Assembly (NCBI GenBank): GCA_900617105.1
Contig: UYFQ01000056.1
Location: forward strand, 124,001 to 188,000
Origin: Hydrurus foetidus
Taxonomy: Eukaryota
DNA: 64,000 nt
Direction of reading: 5' to 3'
In this document: positions 1 through 13,692 of the stretch, piece after piece
How the letters are laid out: every line of letters starts with the position of its first letter
Position numbering within the stretch: position 1 is the first letter of the stretch
Position numbers and translations under genes: made by a program
The notes under the pieces: model-generated
Told to the model about the DNA's origin: nothing
Seen by the model: the letters and a program-made list of their open reading frames with translations, nothing else
The model's database searches: none

Positions 1-1729
1 ACAATTAAATTTCTCACTCTTTCAAATTGTGGTAATCTTCCTTTTTCTTCTAGAACATTCTTTAAACAAAAAGAACTCGAGATTAAAGCCATACGATCTT
101 CAACATTGGAAATGGTACTCTCATATACAATATTGGGATTTATTAAATCAGCACTCAAACTTTGAAATTCGTATTTTAATCCCCCACCAACTCTCCACAA
201 TTCCGTTAAAGTAGAATCGTCAATTGCTGACTGTAATGTTTTTACGATTTCCGTTAAATCGGGTTCTGTTTCTAAATATCCGTATTCGTGTAGTTCATGT
301 CGTAATTGTTCTACACGGTTTTGAGCTGTAATCCGTAATTTTGCGCGTAAATTACTCAATCCATCATGACACTCCTAAAGGAAAAGAACGTTCGTATGTA
401 CCGAATGTACGTAAGTTATTCTGATGAATATTTATGTAGTCGTATTGACAGTAAGGTATTTGACTGACAATGATTAATTTGCAAACTACAATTCACACGT
501 CAAGTAATTTACTTAATAATTATGATGATAACAGTAATAATAAGTAAAGTATTTAACATACTGAATTTTTGATTTCATCGATTTATGTTAGAAATGACAT
601 GATTGTAGAAGATGTTCATTTATTCCGAGCATGACCATAATATCATTTAATACCAATACCATCATTTTTGATTTACCTGAATTGCAGCCATCTCGAACTC
701 ACTAATAGAACTGAAATTATCTTTAATCGCACGTACACTCGTACTTACAATGTCTTCGCATGTCAGACAGGAAAGCTTCTGTAATTCTGCTTCACGCTTT
801 GTGTGTCTTTCTGTTTGACCTTCTCTAACTTTCTGAAGAAAAGATTTGCGGTCAACTGGATCCGTGAAATCAAATCCAGTAATATGAGTACGGAAATCTT
901 GTAACGCTTTTTCATGCCGTAATCCCCTCCATTGAAGTCGACCATTCTCCCATTTTTGGATTGTTTCAACTTCCATAGTAACTTGTACTTTACGTAGCAT
1001 TTGTAGCAGGTGAGAATGAGATTGTCTGTTGGCTGTTAGGATATTATTCAAGTCGAACGTTTCGTTCTCTACTATGTGTTCGATATCATTGGGCAGCTGA
1101 TGAGCGATACTGATCAAAGAATCAACAAGCCTCTTCAGCTCTGATCCCGTTTTATCTGCTCTCTTTTTCTCAAGAGAATCAAGATCAGATGCGAATTTCT
1201 CTATTGTTGAAGAACGTTGATTAACAGAACCCATCACTTCTTTCCTAATACCAAAGAGTTCCTTCTCATTGAGACCGATTAAAAAACTGCCATCTTCTAT
1301 TGTCTTGTGACGAACAACGAGTTTAGAGTCGAGATTCTCAAGATGCTCCCTCATTTTCAAAGACAGCTGTAACAGTTCTTTCTCCAATTCTTCAGCAATA
1401 CCATCCAGAACAACTGAAAAATTGTTCACAGCTTTCACGTGCCTATCTTTTCTGTCCATTTTCAGCTTCATAAGTCCTGTAAATTGCCTGTTCTTATCGT
1501 AAACAGGTACATCAAGATTGAGCACTTGTTCTTTCTCTTCATCTCGAGTCGACAGAGACCTTCGAAGAGGTGGGACTGGAATGACAAGCTCCTGACTCAT
1601 CTCAACTTTAGAGGATATCGATTGGACAGCTCCTCCTTTAGACTTTAAAATGCCTTTTTGACGTGAAATGTTTCGCGACTCGTCTAGCTTTGCGACAAGA
1701 GAAGATGCTGCCCGAGTACTTAGACTCAT
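1..1729 (-). CDS. Coiled-coil protein, CCDC180/DUF4455-like (5' part; continues beyond the left window edge)
   Basis: ATG at 1729 (MSLSTRAASS). Exon 677-1729 ends at a CAG|gtaaat donor. The next exon starts at 374 after ctttag| and reads ECHDGLSNLRAKLR..., open to position 1. Helical coiled-coil sequence; segments such as LISIAHQLPNDIEHIVENE and WRGLRHEKALQDF resemble DUF4455 (recalled, not searched). Confidence 0.6.
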
Positions 1730-3164
1730 TATGTTTCCTACTTTCCTTCTATACTGATTTCTCAATACCCAGGCCGTCAGATAAGTTTTTCGATCGTGCA
1801 ATTTCAATCTGCACTCATCAGAGCACAAATTGCACTTCACAGCTGTACTCTACGCTCTTTCGAGCGACTGTGAAGATGATCCCAATCACAATTCCAGCAT
1901 GTGTCATTCAGTGAACACCATGCATGATGAACGAAGTGAAGAGCCATCGTGCAAAATGAAACCGTCATAATATACCGGGCAAACCGTTATAGTGTCGGTT
2001 GAAACTTTCCGCGTTATCTGAGGTTATTTCAGGAAAAGATCACCTGCGAGTCAACAACAACATAATATGTAAATTGATTCCCCGCAATAGATCGAGTGAA
2101 AAAAAATGAAGAATGCAAACCAATTTTATCTTTTTTTACAAACCAATTTTATGTTTTTTTCGAGAGTTAGACAGCTGGCTATCTTCGTTCGAAATTTATC
2201 ATCAGCCATCAATTCTTTGCTCTACCGGGCCATTTAAGCCGTCGAAGCAAGATTTATTTGCTCCAAAAACATTGGGATGGTAATGTATCAGCACCATAGG
2301 GTCATAAGAGTCAATAAAGATATACTCGTATTCATATGATCGGTATCAAGCTGAGATATTGTGGCACTCAAGTTTTGACATGCCTTGCAGTCCTAAATAA
2401 AGGAAAGCGCATATACTGTAGCTATCCCTCGCATAAATCGAAGCATGCCATTACTAATGCACAGCTCGATTTGATTGGCACCATTTCTGCACAGGAAATA
2501 TTTTCTCATGAGCACGGAGTGCACCATTCATTGAGCACAGAATCTGTTGACAGTATTTCATCAATTGAGGCAATTTTTCCCGCACAGATTTCACAATAGT
2601 GTGAAGGTACAGCGATAATCTCAACTGAGAGCATCCTGGAAGATTCACGCTCTCTTGGGAATCGAATATTCTCTTCAATATACGTATTATAAACTTCTTG
2701 CGAAGACTAAAAAGTGAGAAGTGTCGAGTGTACACTGTACAGTACCTACCGTTATAACTTGAAGCTGAGATAAAGGTTCCCACACAGGGGGGACTAAAAT
2801 TTGGGAGATGTTCTATGCTCGGTAAATAGCCAAATAACCGCTAAATCGACCGATTTAGCTCCACTTTAGTGCTGTTTTCAATTAGTGGTGATTCAATCGG
2901 CCACCTCACACCTCACATCAAGCGATCTTTACTTTGGGTATGTTTCAAACTACAGTCCTTCAATTCTGCGCTTTTCATCTGTCACCTCAGTTGTAAAAAT
3001 TGTGTTGGAGCATTGTCAGCTCCAAGAGGAAGAGTGTGTGGGCGGGAGCAGCGCCATTTAATTTCTTGAACTGAGTACTTCGTTCGTGGCATACTCACGA
3101 CAGCTAACCTTTTCGTCAAGATTCGATAGCGTCATATCGAACGTGAACTACCGAATAATCAGCG

Positions 3165-5824
3165 ATGATATACTTGTTAACAATACTCCTCCTACTGCTG
3201 CAAGAGGCTCAAGGATTTTCCCCACCGAACTCTATCTGCCGCAAATTTACCTCGAAGATATGCATGAAAAATGGACCAACAAAACCCAAAGGAATAAAGG
3301 GGCTTGGAGACAAGAGCACTTACGCGCACAACAGTGGATCCAGATCGAAGAGTGGCATCAATGGCGACTACGTGAATAATGGCGGGCGACCTCTCGAGTA
3401 TGACAACTTAAGATCCAGTCCGGCAAATTTTGTGAAGGCAATGAAGCACCGATCTCAAGATTCAAATGCAGGGGACATCGGCAGAGAGGAACGGGCAGTT
3501 ATCTATGCACTCCTGAGCCTACATACGCCCATGATGCCTGCATCGCTATTCGCCTCTACTGTTTACTCCCTCGGAATGTTCTCGCAGAACACGAAGACCC
3601 GAATGAACCTTAAGGACGAAACGAAGCTTCTCCAGAACGGAATACATGACGTAGCCCCTCAACTCTCATCGTATGATGTTGTAAGCGTAGTAGTTGGCAT
3701 GGCGAGAATGCAGGCACAGTGGAGTGACGTATGCAAAGACGATTCTTTTACATATCGCCTGGGACACTTTCTTCCTAGCATGGATGACCGCGCAGTCGGT
3801 GATACGGTGTGGGGTGTGGGATCAATGGGCGCGAAATGGCATGAACTTCCTAAGTCACTACAGCACAACATGTTGGCAGCTCTAGAACGAGAAGGTTCTA
3901 AACTGAACTCGTTCGCTCTCTCATCTGCCTTGTGGTCGATGGCGAAAATGGGCGCAAAATGGTCTTATTTTAGCAGCAATTTGCAGCAAAGTTTCATCAA
4001 AAGGGCAGTGGAACTTGGACCTTTAATGTCTCCACAACAAAGTTCCAAACTCGTGTGGGCTCTCGGAAGTATGGGCTCAAGTTCAGCGAATTTTCCTCAA
4101 AATTTATTGGAATTACACGTGATAAATGTGGGGAAAATAAAACGTTCTCAAATTGGATTTGCCGTTTCTGCGTCGCAGACATTAACTGGTGTTGCCAAAA
4201 CAGGGGTAGATTGGAACAACATTAGCCCTGCTATGAGAAGCAGTCTACTAGATCAATTAGTGAGAGTTTGTCAGAGTAATAATGATCGAGGAATTGCCAA
4301 TGCTGTGTGGGCAATCGGAACAATTGGGACACCCATGACGTCGCTCCCAGAAGAAATAAAAGACTTGATGCTATTATCATCAGCAAACATAATGAAGGAA
4401 TGCTCATCTTGGGCATTTTGTAATATAATCTGGGGATTGGCGAAAATGAAATTTCAGTGGATGGATTTCCCAAAAGAATTTAAAGACGCAATAATGACGA
4501 ATACACAAAGAATAGAAAACGAAATGAATTCTGTTGATGTTGGGATTTTAATTTGGTCACTTGGTGCCCTGGATACACCTTTAGATATTTTACCCGTTCA
4601 TTTCGCCGAAAATCTTTTATTAGCCACTTTACGCAATCTCGAATCCATGAGAGCCCAGGAGTTGGCGCGGACCATTTGGGGGTTGAGCGGGTCCGGTCTA
4701 GACTGGGACTCCATTCCAGCACCAGTCAGATGGTGAGTCACATTTCATAGATCATTTCATGCTCCTTGTTTTCAAAATATTTTAGTCTCTGAACTTTTCA
4801 TGCAATTTTAAAACTCATCCCGGCTATATTCTGTACCCCTGGCTTCGATTATTTAATTTCATCTAACTACCGTGGCATGATTAACCCAAAATTGACAAAA
4901 TCGCACCATCACGGACTAAACCGACTAGCATTACTCTTCTTTTCAAAAAAGTCATTACGACACATCGATGTGAATTCTGATAACTGCTAAGCGATCATTC
5001 ATACGATAGGAACATTGTCAAATCTGATGACTGATAATAATTATATTCACAGGAGTATAAACGTGGCGCTTCGAAGAGTGGGTGAAGATATGGGACCACA
5101 AGACGTGGCCAACAGTGCCTACGGGCTGGCACTGCTGGCATTCGACACACAGACTCCCCAAGATGCTGCATTCAGAGGGTGCCACGAAGTAATCTTAAAC
5201 ACCATCAGAAAAACGCAAAAAACAGCAGAATCAGTGGCGTTAATGAACGATCAAGAATTGGAGCAAATCCGTATATTTTCGCATTATTTGAAGGTCATGA
5301 ATTATGTAACCGATTTGAGACGGATACCTCAAGCGTTACTCAGCAGTGCAAACGACGTAGTTAATCTGGATAATATAAGCGGAAGTAGATTGCAGAGGAG
5401 AGTTGTGAAGGGGATCAGAGACGCATTTGACTCGTCTCCTCTCAACAACGAATACGAAATATCACTGGAAGTTTCGTCTTTTGACGGTGCCTTCCCGCTA
5501 GATGCGGCTATCACGAAAAACGGAAAAATAGTAGCTCTCCTTGAAGTTGATGGACCCTCTCATTACCGACCGGATGGAAGGCTACGAAGAAAAGATCAAC
5601 TGAAAGAAGCGATGTACATGAAAAAACACACAGAGAGCACATTTCATCGAGTAAGATGGGATGAGGCGGACAAATTAGGTACGCAACTCATTGGAATTGA
5701 ACTTGCAATGTTGGTGACGTCAACAAATAAAGATGTCGATCCTGTGACAACTATGCGGAGATCCATGCAAAAAGCCACTAGCAATTTTATTAGCTGGTGT
5801 TTAAGAAATTCAGACGAGGACTGA
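3165..5824 (+). CDS. Plastid-targeted helical-repeat RNA-binding protein with C-terminal RAP domain (FASTK/OPR/HPR-like)
   Basis: Exons 3165-4732 and 5053-5824; the join TG|gtgagt...cacag|G restores a Trp codon in frame. Signal peptide ending AQG-F, then a basic transit-like region. About 10 degenerate repeats of the type (L/V)W(A/S/G)(L/M)(A/G)x(M/L)GxxW. RAP motif LLEVDGPSHY...KDQLK...HRVRWDE. Confidence 0.85.
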
Positions 5825-7066
5825 TTTACACTGTCAATATTGTGAAATGTGAACCTTTTTCGGGTGCAATTAAGTAGTTTGTTTTTCTCACGTATCACTG
5901 AATATTGTGAAGTAAATGAATATAAAAATAAATGTATAGACAGTGACAATAACATAAAACACTTACAACTAATCATACTACGTCATCGTATAATCTAAAA
6001 CTGTATTATTATGCATTTCTTGTTTCATGTTCGTTTAAGTGTACGGACAATTGTGCACTGTCTTTATTTATTTTCAACATCATTTTTGTCTTGTGGAAAT
6101 GTCATCCACTTCGTGCAATTTATTTATGATTTTCCGTCTGTAATTGAAAAAATGAAATTGTAATTAAAAATATTTTGTTCGTTCTACACAGATAATCTTT
6201 TTTTTAACGCAATTTTGGAGAAAATTGACAAACCCAAATCCGGTTCTGCTCTTACAGAAAACAATGAAGAAAAAAATGAAGAGAAAAGTGAAGAAAAGTC
6301 GGATGACTTAATGCTAGTTTCTGACGTGTGTGAGATCGTGTCGGATGATAGCACAGAGAATATTGTCGAAGTCGCAGAAGAACAGCAGTTTTTAGAATTC
6401 CGGAGCATATTTGATATTTGAAGAACGCGGAGCAATGATAATTATCAGCGTCCATTTTTTAGCAAGAAATTATAGTATTTTCGTTTGGTTGTGACATCGA
6501 CCATCGTAGCTTCAGTTGTAACATAGAATCGCTTCTTCAAAAATTGCTTTAATTAAAATAAAGACTTACTGGTGAATTATACAGTACAAATGAGACAAAT
6601 GAAGTGAGCCATAGTTTTATCAACACCAAAAACAAGAAAATAGAACGCTCAATAGAAATAAGTTACTCAAACTGTTCGCCATCAGAAACTCAGCGCAAAT
6701 ATCAAAGAGAAAGAAGAAGAAAAAGACACTTGAGATATGAAGTGACGCGTATGCCCAACAGCGTAGGGGCAGAGAAATAAGAATCGAACAAACTTGCTCC
6801 CCCACTTTCTTAGGAAGAACTAGCTTCGCAGTTGTCAGTAAGAAAGAATAATTGTAAATATAGTACAGTACAAAGTGTTTCAACAAATTCACTGAGCAAA
6901 ATTGTGCCAGCCTGTTCTGTCTCATACTAACTAAACTGGTAGTCCCAGTAAGTAATAAACTTTTTTGCACCGATATAATTTACGCAGCATACTTCGTAAT
7001 AATGTCAAGAAATTGGGTCATTATTTCCATTTGACACTCACTGCTTTATTTCGATGCTGAATAAGA

Positions 7067-9064
7067 CTAAAATGGAGGGGCAGACGTAGATTGAGGTATT
7101 CCCATTGCTGCTCTCCTTACCATGTCTTCTGTATTAAAATGGGCCTTCACAACTTCTCTCACATCGTCTACATCCAACTTTTCTAAGAACCCCAATAATT
7201 TTAATAATTCTGTATCGCTATTATCGTCAAACCAACTTTCTATCGGAATTCCGTTTGTAAGATTGTATGCGTACGCATGAGGCGAATTGTCCACTAACAC
7301 CGTCTGATGAAAATTAGAGACGGGCAGGGTAGAAGAGGAAGCGTCAGTCATTCAAATCAGTCTTCTATCTTTTATGCCATGTAAGGAGGGTGTGATAGCT
7401 GAAGAAATACCGAGAGGATCAATTTGAAATATTGGTGGGCAAAAGCTAACGTGGGGCCATAGACAATAGAACAGGTGGACATGATTGCTAAATGCATATG
7501 TGATTTTAAGATTTATTCCACGACAACTTCAATGAAGTGGAATAATTTTTGTTATGTAGAAATGCAAATACCGAGAAATCTGATTTCATAGAAAAATTTC
7601 ATTCTATTTGATTCGATTTTATGAATTGAACCTTCAGAATGATTAAATAGCAGATGATGAAAAGCAACGAAAACGAAATTGAGCAGCTAAATAAAGCAGA
7701 ATTAGAACTTTCAGTCAAAACCTCACCTTTTTCAAATCTCGATTTAGCACGCTTAAATCTTTTATAAAATTTCCGTGTACGAATAAACAAGAATCACGAA
7801 ATACTCTATGGGATATTAGAGTTTTTGTCGGATCTAGTAAATCGAGCAAAATATTGGCATAGAATTCTTGTGATGCAGTGAAAATAACGACCTAAAATAA
7901 TCAATATTAAATATTACAGTTAGCGGGAATCTATAAGTTTTTAAAAAAATTAAATGGCATAGCGTATTTTCGCGTACATCTCTGCAAATTTTGAGGTACG
8001 TAATTTCATATGGATTTGTTACAATGATCAGAGGAGGATAATGTTGTTGAATGAAAATAAAATTAATGCGCAGTGATTTATGTTCGAAAAGAAAGCTACC
8101 TCAATCACCCGTATAATTTATCTGTCAAGAAGTCATTGAGTGCTACATATGCTGATTGGAAATTAATCGCAGTGGCTAAAATATTAGCGTAATAAAGTTT
8201 GTCGTTCAGGTACACATCAGAAGATTATAAATTCGCAATTATGCAGCAACATAGCAGACAAAGAATGATAAATAAATCGAGATGAACTCACCTCAAATAT
8301 TTTAGAGACAGCTTCTAAGAAGTAATGCAGATACGGCCGCTTGCGTACGTACACATCATAGTGCGCTCCATTAAAATCCAAGGGAAAAGTAAGATCTGGA
8401 TTTTCTATTTTCTCGAGCCCACAATGCACTAATGTCTCATCTAAGTCTAGTACTAGAGTGCGCTTTCTATTCAACGCAGATTGAGGCGGGAGACAAACCC
8501 TCAGAACTCTAACTGACAGATGCGGTGGCAGACTTGAGATGAACAGATAGGGATTAAATATGTCATCATCCTCTTCACTTGTATTATCCGTATTCGTTGC
8601 CTCCTTTTTATCGCCTTCCTTTTTATCATTGTCCTCTTCGTGGAGATTTGGAGAGAATAGTGATCCACTGGCCCTTAAGAGTTCCGTAGACACTTTTGAT
8701 TGCTTGGTGACATCAGTAACTGGCAAGCTGTTCATATAATAGGAGGATAGTGATGTCAGTACTAATTATGAAACCGACAGCCATCATTGAACCCACCTTA
8801 GATCCTTTGCTGGCGAATGCATATCTGTGTAATTAATATGCAGGAAATTTTGAGATGAGACAAAGATTTTGAGAAGCGTTCGAAGAAATGAACTGAACCT
8901 GGTCTCATAGCGCGTGGTCTCTTCGCTGAGGCGATCGGTGAGTTTGTTCCTCCTGAAATTGAAGTAACACATCCAAGTTACCTTCACTGCTGTCGACAGA
9001 GTTACCAGTGCAATGTCAGTGTACCTGCATACGCCGACGAAGTTGGAGATTGCGGAATACTCAT
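7067..9064 (-). CDS. CTD small phosphatase-like (SCP/CTDSPL2, NIF/FCP1 HAD family)
   Basis: Catalytic motif LVLDLDETLVH, plus YVRKRPYL, VVIFTASQEFYA, FRDSC, FIKDLSVLNRDL, VDNSP and NGIPIESWFDD. Phase-compatible exons 9025-9064, 8899-8952, 8797-8824, 8292-8727, 7727-7891, 7067-7303. The three small 5' exons are less certain. Confidence 0.9.
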
Positions 9065-9526
9065 GATCTATAGGAACTACGATATGAAGAAGAGTTATCC
9101 TTCCTAGGATAGGATGTCTCGGAGAAAGACCTCTGTACGACGAGATCAGTAGCTGATCTTACAACTGTTCGTGGTAAAACACTTCTACCATTGAGAGAGC
9201 TCGAACTGATATCATATCACAGCAGCATGAACTGGGAACGCATGAGCCGAACCTTCTGAAGACTCCACAGAGAACTGAAAATCAAATCAAATGCTCTGCG
9301 ATCTGCGACGGCTCCGCTCAATTTCAGACAACTTCCCCACAACCGTAAGAAGAACCGGATGATACATTTGAGATACTAGCCGTTAAAATTTCAGCGATAA
9401 AAATGGGGCTTCTCTAAAAAATAAAAAATCGCCGAAAACTCAACACTGCTGTCAACACCATCTCCTGATATTATACTCCAAACAATCTCATAATACAATT
9501 GATATCATCAATCGAAAGACATTAGA

Positions 9527-11434
9527 ATGGAGAACTCAGCAGCTTCTCTCAGACGCCAGCCAAGAGATTTCAAAAAAGGTTCGTTTCTGTTGGTATCAAT
9601 GGTGCTCTGGTTTCTGAAGTGACCTCATAATTGACATCATAATTAATTCATGAATGTCTGTGTGTTCACACCATCACAGGAGTTTCGCAAGAAGACGGTC
9701 GTCGTCGCAGGGAGCAGCTAGCAACCACAATTCGGAAGGATAAGAAAGAGGAGGGCCTCGCTAAAAGAAGAAATGTCGGCGCAGAAGCGAACGATGTCCC
9801 ACTGGAAGTTTTCGGATCGGAAATCTGCGCAGCAACACAAAAAGTGTACACTGTTGCTGACATTCCGAAGATGAAACTCGGCCTGCAGTCTGCAGATGTT
9901 TCTGTTCAAGTTGATTGTCTTAGGGGATTCCGTAGACTCCTGTCACTCGAGAAAAACTCTCCTGTGAAGCAGTGCATCGCATGCGGGTCTGTTCCTTTAT
10001 TTGTGCAGTTTCTTCAGAGACTTGAAAACACAGAGCTACAATTTGAAGCTGCATGGGTTCTTACGAACATTGCAAGTAGTGACGAGACAGAGATAGTTGT
10101 CAAATGCAACGCCATTCCTCATCTCGTCAATCTTCTGCTTTCAACCAACAGTGATATCCGCGAACAGGTACATTATGAAGATCTGTCTGTCACTTGTTCC
10201 CATTGCACCTCGTATTCTGACGCCCCTTTCTCTCCCATCAAACGATTTTATTATTCTGAAATAATTTCTCCACTTATTTCCTTCACCTTGTTATTTAAAT
10301 ATTAATTTCCCGCACTATCTTACTTCCCAGAGTGCTTGGTGTTTGGGAAATGTGGCTGGAGATGGGGACAGACTGCGCGACATCGTCCTCGGATTCAATC
10401 CTATCGCACCACTGATTCAGAATATTCAGAACCCAGCAACCATTTCTCTGCTCAGGAACTGCACTTGGACATTGTCCAACATGTGTCGGGGAAAACCCCA
10501 ACCCCCCCTCGAGATACTGGCACCGGCTCTGCCGATTTTAGCCGGAATATTATTCCAGAACAAAGACATTGAGACTATGGTTGACGCCACATGGGCCCTG
10601 TCCTATATTTCCGATGGAGCGAATGCGAGGATACAAGCAGTGGTGGACACGGGTGTTGTTCCTTATCTGACGAACATTCTCCGCAGTGATAATGTCCAAG
10701 CTGTTGTTCCGTCTCTAAGAACGTTGGGAAACATTGTTTCTGGTGACGATCAGCAGACGCAGTGCGTACTTGATGCGAACGTTCTAACAGCTTTAGTCCC
10801 CCTTCTGAGCCACACAAAGAAAAATATTCGCAAGGAAACGTGCTGGTTATTGTCGAATATAGCTGCAGGCACGTTGGATCAATTACATCAACTAGTGAAC
10901 ACGCCAAGATTGCTGCCACGTGTGTTAGAACAGCTCTCAGCTTCGTCAGAATGGGACGTGAGGAAGGAAGCATGCTGGGTTGTGTCGAATCTAGCATCGG
11001 TAGGACAGAGTGACGCTATTCATCAAAAACTGGTGGAATACGGTGTCATCGCTCCACTGTGTGAGCTGCTAGAGACAGCGGATGTGAAGATTCTGACCGT
11101 AGCGATGGAGGCACTAGAGTGCATCTTGAAAATGGGAGGAGAATCTAATCTGCTGAGATACACTCAATTGGTGGATGAAGCAGGTGGCATCGATAACTTG
11201 GAAAAACTACAGGAACACGAGAATATCACAGTGTACAATAAAGCGGTTCAAATCATAGAGGCCTATTTCGGGGGGGATGAGGAGGGAGAATCTGAAAATA
11301 TCGCACCTCAAGTATTGGAAAATAACGGTGTTCATACTTTTGCATTTGGTACTGATGTCTTAAAAACGGCTCCATCTTTTCAATTTAACGGACAGCCTGA
11401 ATCGCCCACCTCCTTTCAATTCGGTGGCTTTTAA
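9527..11434 (+). CDS. Importin subunit alpha (karyopherin alpha)
   Basis: Exons 9527-9578, 9680-10167, 10331-11434. IBB domain (RRRREQLATTIRKDKKEEGLAKRR), ARM repeats (QFEAAWVLTNIAS, WTLSNMCRGK, WALSYISDG, KETCWLLSNIAAG) and an acidic C-terminus ending FQFGGF. Confidence 0.96.
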
Positions 11435-12277
11435 GATAATTTGATGCTATTTCAGTTGAATTGACAGTAATGAACTATGGCATCACAGTTCATGAAATCT
11501 CTCTCCTACTTTTTATTCTTTCTTTTTCCGTCTTTCTTTCATTGTCGATTTTCCATCATAACGACAATTTTGAATAGTGCAATGTAAGCATGGATCAGCG
11601 CAAGCCTTGCAGAGGAGGAGAACTATCTTTACACCTACACTTATCTGCCTTCAATGAATAATAAATCTATATATCTTAAAGACAATCCATACCTTCTCCT
11701 ACTCTCATTTTTATCACTAAGTTTTCGTCTTTGTCATCGTGACTATCAAAATGATTTCACAATATCATAACGTGACAATAACAAATAACCTTATTTTTCT
11801 TTCAATAAAAACACGCACGCACTTTCTCATTAAAACGATATGTTACGCTAAAATTTAAGAAAGAAATTTTAATGCATGCAGTCACTTTTTGCGATAATAG
11901 ATAGATGTGATGTCCCAAGAGCGATGCCAGATGGTTCAATTCAACTTTTATTATTTACGTGAATAATAAAGTTGCCCAGCATGACAGAGAGGTTTCACTT
12001 CACGTCAGTCAGTATGTATGGTGGAGGAGATTTAACCAATACTGCTGATTGAATTATAATCGACAGCAGCGATGGGCACATTCTCATTTTAGTGGAGAAG
12101 GAGGCGAACGTTTTTTCAATTTTTGCGGCGAATGCTCAAATGAAAAAATATTCTGAATGTTTCTTTTCACATTCATCCATTACTGATAATCATGTTTGTT
12201 CTGAATCAGTCCAAATGCAAGGCAGTGCGATGAGAGTCACTAGGTATTAAGGGTGTAATTTTCAATAATAAGGTAAC

Positions 12278-13018
12278 TCAGTTGTCATCATCTGAGAAGT
12301 CATCGTATTCCCCGCTCTTAATTCTTTCCATCCTCAAGTGATTTAATCCTGCCTTGGAAGCTTGACTGCTAATCTCTTCGGAGCGATCCACCTCAAAGTT
12401 AAGAACACCGTGTGTTGATAGAATATATGCCACGTCTTGGGTTGAGAAATCGTCCGTTCCGCCGAACTCATCGAAGCCTCTAATGGAATGTTCTGTCTTG
12501 CCGTCCTTAATAATTATAATTGTAGGAATCATTATTATTCCAAGCTTCTCAACTAAATATGGACTCTTCTCTGCGTCAATCTTTAGGAATCTGGTCTCTA
12601 CGTGATCGTGAGCAAGACGTTCAAAATGAGCGTCAACTATCTGGCATCTCGGTGTTACTCCGCGATAAAAGTGGACCACTAGCCTCGATGATTTCTTGGC
12701 AGCTAAGAAAAATTCTTTGGTGTCGTGCATTTCCATATATCTGATTGTCAGACGCATGTCGATCATCAATCGGCGAGGAGGAAGTAAGTTTTTGGTATGT
12801 GTGTGTTACCTTCCATGTCCCAGTTGTCTCCAGTCCTGCTCTGTTCGCATCTTCTTTTGGAGATCGATTTTTCTCTTCTGGCGGAGGGCTTCAAACGTGT
12901 CCTCATCAATGTTATCCATCTTCGCTAACTGAGCATCCAAAGCTCTTTCCTCAGCATATGCTGCTTGCAGAATACCATCCCCAACCCTCTCCATCATCAT
13001 CGCATGTTGCTGATCCAT
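12278..13018 (-). CDS. TXNDC9: Phosducin-like / thioredoxin domain-containing protein 9 (PhLP3-type)
   Basis: Exons 12810-13018 and 12278-12740 (AG|gtaac...atcag|A gives Arg). Motifs LGHGRY, VVHFYR...RCQIVDAH, ETRFLKIDAEKSPYLVEKLGI, GFDEFGGTDDF. Confidence 0.9.
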
Positions 13019-13692
13019 TTTCGTTACAGGGCTTTCGGAAAGTCGACTACTCGCTTAGAAAATCCTCGGAACGCGACAATAAATCTGCGTATGAATTGTC
13101 TTTGAGGACACGCGATTCTTGTTGTCGAATCTGTTGGCAAGACTCGAAGTTCGAAACATCAAGGAAATCGATCGGAAAGAATTCGAATCAAAAATCAAAA
13201 ATCTAACTGCCCACAAACGGAAACTGCTCGATATTATTTGAACTTTTCTCGGTCAGAAACACGGATTTGCTTTAGTATGTTCCGTACGTACGGTAGAACA
13301 AAATTCAAAATTTCAAATTTCATGTCAGTCGAAATAAGTTGCCGGTACATGTTGTGTTGGTTCCTCTATTCCATCGATGTTTAAAGAAATCGTTTCATAG
13401 TTGTACTTGACTGTATATATCTCTTCCTCGAAATAGGTCGTACTCAAAATATGCGGCATATAAATAACTGCGTGTTATGACATGCTCCACTACATTATGA
13501 CAATGTTGAGCTATTACATCCTATAAAACAACTAAAATATATTTTCTGTTACTTCATTAATTATTACTGCATGGCACTTTTGTTACGTCACTTTATTTGT
13601 TACTACATTTTACAAAACTTTTTTAGAACGGATGTAACTGTTGTGCGACAGTAACAGTTCGTACAATAATTCAAATATGATAGTAATTTTAA

